Positions 1 through 12,189 of a stretch of 64,000 bases of DNA are shown here, piece after piece (the stretch's first letter is position 1; each line of letters begins with the position of its first letter). The stretch comes from Raillietiella orientalis. Taxonomy: Eukaryota. Location of the stretch: assembly GCA_036172245.1 (NCBI GenBank), contig JAYWIR010000012.1:1550001-1614000 (forward strand), read 5' to 3'. The translations under genes and the position numbers were made by a program. The notes under the pieces were generated by a model. The model saw only the letters and a program-made list of their open reading frames with translations, did no database searches and was not told the DNA's origin.

Positions 1-85
1 ATCGTCCCTGAGTGCGGTTCACTGTGAAAAGTGGAAACTCTGAGTGGAAGAATGGTTCCCTACCTGTTTCTCTGTTTTCCTTCCA

Positions 86-959
86 TTTTTTTTTCTTTTC
101 GAGTTTTCTTTTTTTCTGGTTCTCGAGGAGTGCTGAAGAACCGTTTGCCTCCCTAGGGTGTAGAGGGAAGGGGCCCACGAAGCCCCTTAATACTGTTTCG
201 TGCCCGATAATGCGTGTTAACTCTTCAAGTTAGAGAGCAACCCCGTAGGGACCACCTCATGGATCCAGGAAGGCTCCAGAGGAAGGAGTCCGTTCCTCCT
301 ACGCTTGGGAGGGAACTCCGAAGGAAACCCTCGTCCTCGTTGTCTACGAAGGGGACTCCGAAGGGAACCATCTCTTCCTTGTTCTTTGCGGAGGGACTCC
401 CCCGGTTGCAGGAACCACCTCATTTCTTCTCTGAAGGGGACGTGGAAGTGACCCGCTCAAGAATTTCTTCTCTGCATGGCACCCTCAAGGGAACCGCTGA
501 TTGCTTTCTCCTCTGAAGGAAGCCCTGAATGGACGCTTCCAGCTTTCTCTGAAGTGTCGCTCCCATAAAGGAGCAGCGCACTTTTGATACTCTGGAAAGG
601 CAACCCCCCCGAGGGGGGAATGAACCGGCTTCAAGGTATGCGATGGAAGGCCCTTTCGAGGAGGGAAAGGCCCCACTTTCACAGCCGGAGGCGATTGCCA
701 AAGGGAACCTAGTTCTTGATTTCTGAAAGGACCCTGGAGCGTCAACTTCCTATCCTGGCCAGTCAACGGGGGCATTCTGAGGTCTCTGGCTTCCACCACT
801 GCCTCATACGAATAGGCCAACCAGAGTCATCTTAAGGGAAGGACCGAAAACCCACAACGCAACCCCTGTTCTCGGCCTCGATCCTTTCCCCGGTGGGATT
901 CGAACCCGCAATGCTTGGTGCCACGTGCGGAGGCAGCAACCACGCGGTCGCCAACGCGG
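86..959 (-). mobile_element. tRNA-derived SINE-like element, copy 1 (full length)
   Basis: Minus strand has Pol III B-box GGTTCGAATCCC (rc of 895-906), a 5' end CCGCGTTGG as in other copies, a body shared with 8 other loci, and an A-rich tail (T-run 86-115 on plus). Confidence 0.8.
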
Positions 960-3450
960 ACAACGCTCATCTGCATGCCCGCCTTGGTTCGATACGCTTC
1001 TCTGTCACCAGGAAGTCATCGAGGAGATTCGGCGGTGCAGAACTATTTGTAGGACCGCTGACTGGGACAGGAACACGATTCATACATTCCTCAGCCCACT
1101 ACGCTGCAACGGGAGGGTGGGAGAAGTAACGGAATTTGAACATCCAGGACCGCTCTAACTCGAAGTTCTGGGACCACTATGAGAGGCGGTACGTCTTTGA
1201 AACTCTGAAGGCGGAAATTGGCGTGCTGAAGAAGAAGATGATTGCCACTGGTACCTCCTACATTCAGTGCGACCGTCACGCCCATTACGTGTCGGGCATA
1301 ATCACATCCCCGACGCCAAGGTCTGTGCCCGGCGGAGCGCAGAAGACCGAATTTACGGCAGAAAGACAGGACCGAAGAGGAAATTACCATCGAAGAAGTG
1401 AAAGAGAGTCTTCTGGTTTGTGCAAGGGCGTGGTGGCCGGTCTTGATAGAGCGGCCATCCCTTCCTGTCAGCGGTGTCCGCACGACTACTCGCATCTGCT
1501 CCGCGTGCTCAAGCAAACGATCCAGAAAGAAAAAGCCCTCCGGCGTCATTCCACGAAAGCAGGATACGATTGTTGCCAGAGGGAGCCAAAGATCTGATTA
1601 AAGTCATCCAGTGACGACCAGTCTCCAACCTAAGTCAGGATGCCAGGTGGTGGGCAGAAAGCTGGACCAATCGCCTGAGGAGCACCATGCCATCGTTGGT
1701 TTCTTTAATGCAGACGTGGGCAGTGCTCGGAAGCCTTATTAAGTGTGACAATATGGAGTGTGTCCCACGCCATCCTTGGTTACGGTCTCTATGCCGGAGA
1801 AGACATGGTGCTGCATTCCTAGATATGGAGAAAGCATCTGATACTGTTGGACAGGATGCTGCTGCAGATATCTAGAAAACTGAGCCTCTCAAGTATCTGA
1901 TGGAAATTCACTAAAGGCAGTTTTCCATGATTCAGATCAGCGGACAAGACAGTCCGGATGGAGAGAGGAATTCGTCAAGGAGACGCTCTCAGCTCGATGC
2001 TGTTTGCGATCTACACAGAGGATGTGTCAGCTCTGGTCCAACAAAGTAGACATTTTTGACGCATTACAATAGGCAACGACAGACAGATTTAACCAGCATA
2101 TGCGGACGATTTCCACTTCTTCCTGGAGGAGAAGAGGAATCAGGATGATTTCCTGGAAACGGTCCGGTATCTGGAAAGAGGTTTAGGCTCAAGAATCATT
2201 CCACAGAAGTCTCCGCTACGCCCATTGGAATCCTGAATCTCTCCGCACTAATGCAAAAAAGAATCCTGGGAAACCACGTCGCCGTTGCGAAACTTGCGGA
2301 AGCAGTCCTTGGGAAGACCACAGAAGATGCTGCAAAGCACACACGTGTCGGCTCCAGAATACGCCAGAGGTCCGGCTTGTGAAATGACATGCTGCTCCCC
2401 AAGGTGTTCTACGGAGCGGCCTTCCGCTAAGTAGACAAGAAGACTCGGATGGAGATGGAACAGCTGCAACGGAACTCTCTGTGAGGGGATGAAAGTCAAA
2501 GCGCGGAGTGACGCTCGAGCTCTTGTGCCACCCACAAGAACGCGGTGCGATTGGACTGAAGCTGCAAGAGCACTCCGTCGAAACCATGGCGCGCGAGAAC
2601 TTTCGTACCTCGCCAAGGATGGGAGAGGTGTCCGATTGAGGCTCCAATTAAAAGTTATTGAACGAGTCGGCTGGCCAAACGACGGCGCTGTAGGCAGAAG
2701 TAGGTGAACATCGATACCCTCCTGGAACACTGTTGAGGATTCGTCGACTTGAACTTGTGCTTCGTAGCAAGGAGATATGGGAAGTAGCACTGACCTTGGT
2801 GCCTCCTGGCTTCCTTCCCTTTCCATGAGAAACGTGGCTATGAATATGCCAAAGGTCCAGCTGCAAAATCCCGGACTAGGAACATTTCGCTACCAGTGGC
2901 AGTCTTCATCGGATGCGACTATTCCGCGGTGGGCACGAGAAATGTGAAAAAAGCAGGACAACTGCGCGTGGACCAGAATAATAAAGAAGAGTCGCTGGGA
3001 ATACATTCCACAGAAAATAAGGAGTGAAAGTCTTCCTACGACTGCTGCCAACCGCTTCGGTTCCAAAACGTGAACCTGCGAGGGGGTGGAACTAGAGACT
3101 GGGGGAGCATCCTGCCATACCTGACACCCACGACGACCTCCTCATGTTTTACCACCAAAGGATCCTGAGCGGTCTAGGGTGAAATAGTAGACAGGCAACA
3201 TCCAATGCGAGGTCTGCACGGAGCGTGGGGATAAAGAAACCCTGCTCTGCGTTCCCACCTGCCGTACGCTGCGACAGGACTGGAAAGCGCTGAAGGCGAC
3301 GACACAGCTGCTGACCAGTGCAGAGGTGGAACTCATGGAGGGAATGTTTCGAGGGAGTTCTTCGATACAGTCGAATGGTCACCTTAGATCGCGAGAACCA
3401 CGATTGCCCTCTTCATCACGAGTATCGTGACAAGAAGGACCAAAGTGAGT
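960..3450 (+). mobile_element. Decayed L1/Tx1-type LINE ORF2 (linker, RT, C-terminal Zn motif), copy A
   Basis: Frameshifted motifs in the correct order: EEEITIEEVKESL (~1375), RPVSNLSQD..NRLRSTMPSLVS (~1615-1700), FLDMEKASDTV (~1816), GIRQGDALSSMLF (~1967), AYADDFHFFL (~2096), CEVC..KETLLCVPTC (~3206). Confidence 0.9.
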
Positions 3451-3899
3451 CCTTAGAGAAGTTCAACGCGAGCAATGCAAATTCTGAAAGGAATACGAAA
3501 AGAAATTGAAATCAGGAAATGTGGAAGAGTTCGGTCCTGGACGTATCGCTACATCTTGGAAGGGGTAGGAGACATTGTTTAAGTGAGTGAGACGCTCAAC
3601 ACGCTCCAAATGTAAGCTCCCAAATCCAGGAAAAAAAAAAAAAAACATTAGAAAAAATTTTCTGTTTGTTCTGGTCAGTTGTCGAAGCGAATTCACCCCG
3701 CCTCTTGTCGGACCGGAGGAAACCGAATTGAGGGCTCACTGGTTTCAGGTTCGGATGCAGAGCGATCTGGAGAGCCCTTCTCCAGTTTGTGCTGGCCGGT
3801 CTTCTGACACCGTTCCATTGACCTCATACATGTCTACTACAGACCACTTGCGGAAAGACGGTCGACAAGGTCGAAGGCGGTTCGAAGCCGCGTTCCTCC

Positions 3900-5150
3900 C
3901 GAAGTAATTTCTGATGCTTTAGACGAAGATTCGAATCCCCGACTTGTCACTACCTCCTATTGCTCTTACAGCATCCCTGAGCATCTCTTGCATAACACCG
4001 CAGTGCTGATGTGAAGAGGAATGCTGCTGTTGTACAGCGAAGTAATCGAAAAACCAATTTTTGAACGTTAGAGAGAAGCTGAGACCATCAGGGCAAAGGG
4101 AAAGCCACCTCCTCTCCAAAGGCAGGATATGAGGCTGCCATCACGTTTCCATGAACGGGGCTTCTCTGCCTTCTCGTACAACATCCAGCAGGATGGTATT
4201 TTGAAGCACTCTTATCCACTGTTTGATGAGGACGCCGGAAGCTCATCAAGAAGTGGTCGCATCTGCAAAGGTGCTTTCTTGCGAGCTCTGGACTTCCATG
4301 CCCACACGGAAAAAGTCTGCTCAACAAACTGTGAGCACGGTGGATCCGAAGCGTCTACTCCAAGAGAACTGTTCCCGGAAAAATACTGCGGATGAGTGAG
4401 TTCAGGTTTCCCTTCATCATGAAATTCGCTTTGGGTTCTTCCTTGCTTGGATCCTTCGAGAATAGGATAAAAAGGACGGGAAGAACTCTTCTCGCCCTAT
4501 GATCATGTGGTACTGTAGAAGATCAGACACTATAAAACAACCTTCTCAGAACCTTCTTCCTACGCCATGAATGATGCACAATCGACTTTTCTGGAATTAC
4601 CTACTCCAATGGCTCTGATATGCTTTGATATGCTAAATTTCTTCGGTATCACATGACAGTACTCAGAAGTAGCGCATAATACGACTTATTGCTTTGATCC
4701 ACAACAGCCACCAAGGGATAGAGACATCCAAACAAGCGAGCAAAGACGAAACACAAGCGTGGACTCACGGGTGAAGGAATGAAGGAACCCTCACTGAAGC
4801 CATGGTGTTTGAAAAACGAAAAATCTCAATACAGAACTACCCGCGTGTCTCCTTTGGTTCTTCAAAGTTGCGATTAAGAATTTCGGAGTTTGTGGAACTC
4901 TGATCTCTGAAATCCGACTTTAGCAGAAGAACGGACTCTTAGAGGACTCCGCTCCCTGATGCCAGATTTTGCAATAGGCGCAAGCATAGGCAAAGGTTTG
5001 CTATTTCCGCTGCATGATGTTACCAAACATCGCGTTGTGAACGTCTTCACAGCGAAAACACCCATCAGGTGTGCGGTGGCACCTTCATCTGAAGCGTTCG
5101 AATGTCCTTAGTGCTTTCTGTTTGTATCCTCTGGTCACAAAACTCGGCAT
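3900..5150 (-). mobile_element. Highly decayed LINE ORF2 fragment (RT C-half/thumb)
   Basis: PVSPRLCFVFA (PLSP-like), KANFMMKGNLNSLI and FSVWAWKSRARKKAPL (FxW thumb-like) occur in ORF2 order on minus. Confidence 0.45.
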
Positions 5151-5479
5151 TTAGAAACAGCAATCGAAACGCAAACTTTCGTAAAGTGGGTTGTGTGGTA
5201 GAATGGGTGGGATAATTGGCATGAAGGAAGTTCCTATATGTGCTAGAGCTCTTTATTGTGTCGCAGATTTCATTTGCTGTTGTTGCGAGGTAGGGAAGTA
5301 ATAATGGTAAGAGTGGATTGGAGGGAAGTCGGTGGGTTTACGGGAACATCCATTTTGGGTATTAAAGGATTATTTCTTGATGTAGGGACGGGGCTGCCCT
5401 TATTGTTTTTCGATTTACAAAATCGATCTTCCGGAAACTATTGAGAGTTACAGTGGAAAGAACAAAAAAAATAGGAAGT

Positions 5480-6400
5480 ACAAGGGAGATAGAATTTGTC
5501 TGAGTCCAGAACTGGAGCATAGATGCCAAAACATCGCTGCTCGCTACTTGGAAAACCCTATGAAGAACCTCTGAGACACCAGAGTAGGATGTTCTTCGGT
5601 GACCGTCGCGAATGAAGCACGCGACCATGCAGTTCCGGGAGATTCCAGAGCTTGCTAACGGAATGTCACCGGATCACGCGACTGTGAGACTGACTGCGTC
5701 GGATGAGTGCAGAAGGCTGATTCCTTCTTCTAAGTAGGCTTTCTGAAGGAATTCGGATTTTTGATCTCATTTTTGATCTCTCATCATTTCTGAAATATTC
5801 TTTAAATTTCTTATCGAAACGGAGCCTGCGAAGTTGGTGCCATGAATGCTTTCCTCCCGAGATGCCTTAAAATGTAGATGAAAGGCAAAAACCCCCGGCA
5901 TCGAATACCCTTTTAAAACCTTTTCACATTGGTTTGAAAAATAACTGAACTTTTGCCAAAGGAAAGATATTACTCTGACATACAGAACAGAAATGCAGAC
6001 GGAACCATAGACATCTTTCTCCTGATAGACGTGTCAGCAGCTACTTTGCTTCCGGATCACTGATAACACGGTGATTTCAATGCTTCATATCTTTGGGAAT
6101 CTTGGAGTGTCCAGGAAAGACGACCGGCTCCTTTGACTTCGACTCTTGTGCATTGCTTCCGGAAACCACCATAAGACCACTCTTTGGGCTGGTTCTTTCG
6201 ATCGCGAAGCCATTCCAAAGATAGAAGAGTGAGCATTCGAGGCTTACAGAGGGCATCCTAGATGAGAACAACCCTGAGAGTTGCAGCCGGATGCCACAGT
6301 GAGAACACAAACACTTGTAAACACCTCAGTGAGATCTTCTGATTCTTTCTTCCGCTAACGCACTACGGACTCCTGGAAAAACCGCGGATGCAAATTTTCC
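5480..6400 (-). mobile_element. Highly decayed LINE ORF2 fragment
   Basis: Minus strand CTAGGATGCCCTCTG (GCPL), then LRHLG (KYLG-like), then CFIRDGHRRTSY (FxW-like). Confidence 0.5.
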
Positions 6401-6489
6401 ATAATCCGCTATAATAATTTGATGCCATTTGGTTCAAGAATCATCCGTAACTAGTTGCGGGTCAAATTAGGAGATGAGAGAATGCTGTA

Positions 6490-6870
6490 TTCTGGGATCC
6501 CCTTTCAGACGTCGGATTTCGTTTCCTCTGCCTGTTTGTTTCTCGCATTCGTGATCCTCTATACATGCACTTTTTAATGTGAGGTTCCAAGCCTTCGTTC
6601 ATCCCAGGATAAATGCATTCTGGTTTCGATGGACTCATCTGAAGGATTCTAATTTGACCTTTTGCAACAGTTGACTGAGTGTTATTGAAGATGCACAATT
6701 AAGAGTGCTTTGGGAGTTTTCATCCGGTTTCACGATGGCATTCATTGCCAAAAAGGATACATATTTACAATCGACACCCTTAATATACAAGTAGGAGTCA
6801 TTCCTTCGTACCAGGATTGCGATCTCACCACGTTGGTGAACTCTAGGAGGATTTGCTGCCCACAACCGAG
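6490..6870 (-). mobile_element. Decayed AP-endonuclease domain fragment of a non-LTR element
   Basis: RVHQRGEIAILVRR (GGGVAILV-like), NAFILG* (ILGDFN-like, frameshifted) and GSRMRETN/GRG (WGSxxTNxRG-like). Confidence 0.5.
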
Positions 6871-6879
6871 GTCCTGCTC

Positions 6880-8250
6880 AGGAAAAGATAAGGAGGAGGA
6901 AAGTTCACGCACAAAAAATAAATAACAGAAAGACACAGGTTCAAGAGTTTGGGGGGAAGCGGTCCAGGAGTCCTCAGCTCTTTTTCCCGGATGCCAGCAA
7001 GTTCATCCCGATTGCTTTGTGGAATGTGACCATCTGATGGTCATCCTCAAAAATGAGATGTACATCAGGATGACGTCGCTGGTCCTTTCAGTCCTTTTTC
7101 TTAATGCTTCCTTGCTACCAGGACTGCACAAAGCTGCAATGGCGGTCAAGGGCGACATTGCGCTAGGCGTGCGGAGGAGCTTCAGCATGTTGTTTGGGTT
7201 GTTTCTTGGAGATTGGAGAGCCGTAAAGAGACGCTCCCACACAGTCCGGAGAACAACACACTCAAATAGCATGTGGTGGAAAGTTTCTGTTTCACCGCAT
7301 CTGACAGTCTGCAGCCACACTCATCCTTAGTCCATCCTCATATGTGGATGGTGGACTAGAGGTGGAAGAGTGAGCTGCATGGGATAGCCCTATGCGACAG
7401 TCGCAACACCGAGTCCTGTGCTTCAGAGCAAAGACGGAGGTGTCCGACAAAACCTCGGAGGCCTTTATTTCCTCAAGGGGATTCCAAGAAAATCTCTCCA
7501 GCGGAGAAGTCCTTTCGGGTGGTGTTGGCTTTGGAAGCATCGACCAGCTAATGAACCTCCTAACCTCTCAACATCTTTTTCTTTCCTGTAGTTTCGCAGG
7601 GCACCTCCCAAATTGTCGGTTGATCACCCTCCTTATTCCCTAGGAGGGAAAATAGTGCCTCCACCTCAACCAGGGTACTTTTCATCCAGGTGTTCTTCAT
7701 GGAGCTTTGCGATCTCTCCTGCAGCGAACGGCGAGCACCAGGGGACATCAGGGGGACACCAGGGGCATCACAGAAGCAGCAGTCACTGCGCGCTCCTGGC
7801 GTTGATTTTCGTCCATGTTAGAACTGTTTCCTGTTTTCAGACGTCAACACCCGTGGGAGAACAGGGAATCAAAGAGAAGTCCTGAACCAAGGCGACCCTC
7901 TGCCGAAGCTGAAGCCCGCCTCGGTGCAAGCTCCGGTGGCCGTAGGCGAGGAGAGATACCAATCCTTTGAAGCCGTCAGCTAGCTCGCTTCTCCAAGAGA
8001 CGTGCGTGAACGCATCAGTGTGTCCACCAACACTCGTCCGCCGGGGCAGTCTGCGGTACTGAGGGAGGACACCCAACCAGCATTCGTACGGAACAAGAAC
8101 TCCAATGACGCGTTTCCCTTTTTCAGTTTTGCTTTAGGATTCGTCGACAACCAGCTGCATTTGGACATGATTTTTGGTAGTCCAATTCATCTTCTTTCCC
8201 ACTGGAATCTCCACTGATAACCAATAATGCCCAAATGCTACATCGCCCCT
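6880..8250 (-). mobile_element. Decayed L1/Tx1-type LINE ORF2 3' half with T-rich 3' UTR, copy B
   Basis: LHRGGLQL (GGLGL motif, ~7920) and RCGETETFHHMLFECVVLRTVW (C-terminal Zn motif, ORF 7003-7320). Confidence 0.8.
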
Positions 8251-8671
8251 CAGGTTTTGCTTCCTTTTTTTTTGTTGTGGCTGCATCCTGAAGCTCCTCT
8301 AGATTACAATCCGAATTTCTCCCTTTTTTTACGAGGAGCATTTCAAAGTAAGAGCCGATCGGACATAAAGAAAGAACCAATAAGAGAAACAAACACGCAT
8401 TAGTGGTTCTAAACACATACATCCCCAGGTCATTTTTCTACGTAGTCACCATGTTTTTCCAAACACTTTTGATACCGTGGAACGAGCTCTTTTAATTCCT
8501 CTTCATAAAATTTTTCGGCCTGGGAGTTCAGCCAGTTCAGCAGCATTGCAGCTTTTAGCTCCTCATTTTCCTCGAATCGTTGAGATGGAAGAAGTCATTT
8601 CTTGAGGCGCAGGAAGGAGGACATCGTAGTCACTGGGAGCGAGGTCAGAACTATAAGGAGAGTGATCAAAA

Positions 8672-8799
8672 CGTGTTTTGAAAGTAGTAGATGAGAAAAA
8701 AATGTCTATGGAGGAGATAAGCAAGATGTTCAAAATTGATAGAAAAACAAGATATTAGTGGAGAAAAAGGAGAGAAGAAACAGGAAGCATAAAACCATC
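8672..8799 (+). pseudogene. IS630/Tc1-type transposase N-terminal HTH fragment, probably bacterial
   Basis: Translates RVLKVVDEKKMSMEEISKMFKIDRKTRY*WRKRREETGSIKP, fitting the IS630 pattern LRxRVL..SxxEIxxxFxIxRxTIYxWxKRxxETGS; AT-rich. Confidence 0.7.
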
Positions 8800-8871
8800 C
8801 CGCTATTTTAGCTGAAGTTCCTGACATAGAAACTTTTAGAGATGCCAGACAATTGGCAGCATATGCTGGAG
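8800..8871 (+). pseudogene. IS110-family transposase fragment (C-terminal domain)
   Basis: Translates AILAEVPDIETFRDARQLAAYAG, fitting the IS110 motif ILAExxDxxxFxxAxQLAAYAGL. Confidence 0.8.
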
Positions 8872-9139
8872 CGTTCCCATTTGAATTTCTGAGCTGCCTG
8901 GGCAGCAGTGTGTGTGCGCGCGTCGTCGAGAAGGAGAGCAATTCCTGATCTCAGCATTTCACGTCGTCGGTTCTGGATGGCACGGCGCAGTGTTGAAAGT
9001 GCTCCACAGTAGACTTGAGAAGTGATGGTGGTTGTTCCAGGCTCCATAAAGCTCATCAAAAGCACACCCTCTTGGTCCCACACACTGCTGTCTGCACATT
9101 CCAGACAATTCAGGAATTTAATGGGAACCTTTTGCATCC

Positions 9140-9400
9140 TCAGCTAGGCGGATAAATGACGGGGTGCCATCGAGAACGGTAAATTAAGGATGAGAGATCG
9201 GCTTCGACTGATTTCCTGGAGATGACTACCCACATCTCAAGTGCGAGGCTTGGTGCAAGGCGCACCAACGAGCGACGGCAGTCAGTGACTAATCGACCGA
9301 GCGAAATCAGCGTTTTAGGGATCTCCCGGTCTCGAAGGAGGCAAGATGGATGACTTAACATTAGCTCCAGTCTAACGTCTGGTACTAACATTAAAATCTG
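9140..9400 (-). mobile_element. Possible Tx1-type ORF1 fragment
   Basis: LLRDREIPKTLISLGRLV resembles the ORF1 IPxxLxIxG motif that precedes the zinc knuckle. Confidence 0.35.
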
Positions 9401-11599
9401 CACTCAGTCTCAATGAGGGAGAGGATATCGATCTCAATGAGACGTGGCAACTTAAAGAGTCAGACGTTTCGTGGGGATTTGTCACTTGACGGCGTCATTT
9501 TTCTGAGGCGTGTTCACTGTGACTGGAGCAGAGCGCAGGAGCGGTTGCACGCCAGAGAAGATCGCAAAGGCTGAGGTTTCGGCCTTAAAGGAACCAATTC
9601 AGGGACTTCAGTGTTTTCTTTCACAATTTCTTGCTAGTCTCCAGCCTCCCTCCTGTTCCCGTGTTCCTTCAACTTGCCTGACACCTTCGTCCGTGCCCTC
9701 AACACGTGCTTTCTCTCGCGAGAGTCGACGCACTGTTCTTCGCTGCAGCCAGGTCTCAACATCCCGTCTTCGCCTGCTCCAAATCTGCGCAAACGCCTTC
9801 TTCTTTCGGAGCAAAGTTTGCCCTTGAACACACCTCGGAAACCTGATGCCTCTGCAGCACAGCACAGCACAGCACACATCGGAACAGATTCTGCGATTTG
9901 ACAACGTATGCCGTGGGATGAGTAGCTGCTGCTGCTGGCAAATCCACAGATCGAACTCTCATCCACAACCACGAACCCATGGATCTCCTTTGACAGCCGT
10001 TCACGACGAGACGTCTATTCCAAATTGCAGCGATACACATAAAGGCAAGCAAAAGGAACCTTAGACAATGCAGACCAGGACATTGACTCCTGCCAAAGTT
10101 CGAGGAATCCTGTATAACCTGGAGTTCACCAGCTGACTTTACAGTAAGGTCTGCTCCGAGGAAGGAAGGAAAGAGGTAATGAAATGAAAAATGAAATCCC
10201 ATGCATCTTGTGCAGGATGATGGTGCAAGTTCTATTCTTAGGTCCCGAAAGCGAGTTCATCTCGCTGTGCTCCTCAAGAGGAAGGTCATCGTAAGGATTT
10301 GTACCCAGTGACTCTGAGGAGTTCATTAGAAAAATAAACCACAAATAAGAGGGGAACAGCGTTCTCAGAATAAAACAGATGCCGAAAAAAAGCACAAGTT
10401 CATTGGGGATGACCACGGACACACGCAGTCGTTTGTTGCCCGTTTGGAAGGAAGACTCAAGGACTTCATGAGTTGTCTTAGTATAAGACAACTCATGAAG
10501 TCCTTGAGTGAAGGGTGAGAAACTGGCTGCTGAGTGGTTCCCCAGCACGTGCCGGAGGGCAACTTAACCCGACAGTCGTGCCACCATGGACGACAGCGCT
10601 GCAGGGGAACATGCGGAAGTGTTGAGCAGCCATCATCCCGTTGGTCTTGAGTGAGCGAGTGGCGCATACTCGTCTCCTCATGGTGCAGTTGAACTCCTTG
10701 TGGCAGACCTCTCTTCCCGTTTCACCTTTCCTCCCGCCGGCTGGGGTGGTGACCGCTCTGGAAGAGCGAGTGTGGACCTTTCGCAGGGGAGGGCTCGGTG
10801 CTCTGTCAAAAGGGCTTCTGAAACTCCTTGCAGCTCATGCTGTGGGGTAGAGGTGGCTGGTTAGGCGAAGAAGCGCTTTTGACCGCCGAGACTCAGAGAT
10901 TTCGAGATGGAGGTGCACGAGAAGAGTGAAGGGAGAAGCAATTCCACCTATGTCTCAGAAGGTGGGGACCACGGCCAATGACGCAGTCCCCATACCCGTG
11001 TCCTGAAAGCCTTCAGCCGAAGTTCAGTCGCGCTTCCCTCGCATTCACGCGCCCCACCTCCCGACAGCGCGATTCAAGGAAACCTCTCATTCGGGGTATT
11101 TCGGCGGGGATTCGCCGTCCAGATTCCATCCCTGTTCGTCCGGTTCGATGCTGGGTTTCCGAAAGAGAGAGCTGGCGTGGACTTTCGGACCTCCGTGTCA
11201 GAGAAGTCAGAGAGTCCGCGTCTTCGGCGGGTAAACCCCTGACCCTCGGGAAAAAAAGGAAATGTCCGGTTGCGATGAGATTCGAAGATGCTGGGAAGCT
11301 GAGAAAAAGCGAGATAACACCACATCGCATTGAAACTTTCATTTCCTCAAGAGAAAAGACAGCGATCCTGTATTGTTCATCCCGAAATCCTCTCGTCTGG
11401 CAAGCACAGCCAAATAAGAGTGTGGGATTCATCCACAGAGGAAGAAAACGCTGCCACCTGAAGTGGTAAAAGCGGCGAAAGTCGCTTCTTCCTTCGGCTG
11501 CGAAAGAAAGGAAGCGCTCTCTCCATCGCAACCGGGATGGAGAAAGCTGCTCTAAGGAGGAATTGCAAGTAGACGCAAATGACCCGTGCGGCGGTCATT

Positions 11600-12050
11600 T
11601 CATGGCTGGGAATCGGTTCCTCATGCCGAGCGCAGCAGCTCCAAGAGAGGAGGGTAGGGCCGAGATTCCTGCCCGGAACCTATGAAAGGGAATGAAACTC
11701 GAGCACCGGAATACCACGCGCGGTCTCAGAATAATCCGGGAACCTCGAATCGGTGTGGATGTGGACCCAGGCAGATCGCCGAGTGCACCTTGCTTGGGCC
11801 GGTTAGACCGAAGGACTACCGGACGAGGAGCTCTGGACGTAGAGTCCTCCATGTACTCCCTCCTCAGTGAGCGGCAGTAGAGGCTGACTTTGGGGGAGGA
11901 GACACGCACTTCCGGCGCCCATCCCGAAGAAGAGCTGGAGATTGCCCTTGTGGGGGTTGCCTGTCTGCCAGTTTCGCAAACAGAGCCCCGTCTCCATCTG
12001 GAGCCAGTTTTCTGCCTGCGAGAGGAATGCTGCATCGCTGTGCCTCCGTG
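11600..12050 (-). mobile_element. Decayed LINE ORF2 thumb fragment
   Basis: LQLFFGMG / PKVSLYCRSL / VHGGLYV across frameshifts (FxW..VS..GGL). Confidence 0.45.
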
Positions 12051-12189
12051 CAAAACGATTTTTTAAAATGACGGCTGAGGAGACTTCCTTCCAGGTTTTT
12101 TGTTCTGGAGCAATTCGAATGGAAATGAACAGGCGGGGTCTTACCGAAACCGTTCGAGTTTCGAGACAAGCAATGCTTCAAGGAAAGAT

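Larger units (their letters stand above)
8332..9137 (-). mobile_element. Mariner DNA transposon, 5'-truncated, pseudogenised, interrupted at ~8674-8871
   Basis: SVWDQEGVLLMSFMEPGTTTITSQVYCGALSTLRRAIQNRRREMLRSGIALLLDDARTHTA..KFKWE, resuming after the insert as FDHSPYSSDLAPSDY..RFEENEELK..NWLNSQAEKFYEEELKELVPRYQKCLEKHGDYVEK*. One mariner-like terminus TA|CGAGGAGCATTTCAAAGTAAG at 8330-8352. Confidence 0.95.

Noticed and set aside
4560..5150. Aldo-keto reductase (IRAIGVGN) or C2H2 finger (FECP*C) fragments
   Set aside because: Single short motifs with no supporting context, in a region better explained as a LINE relic.
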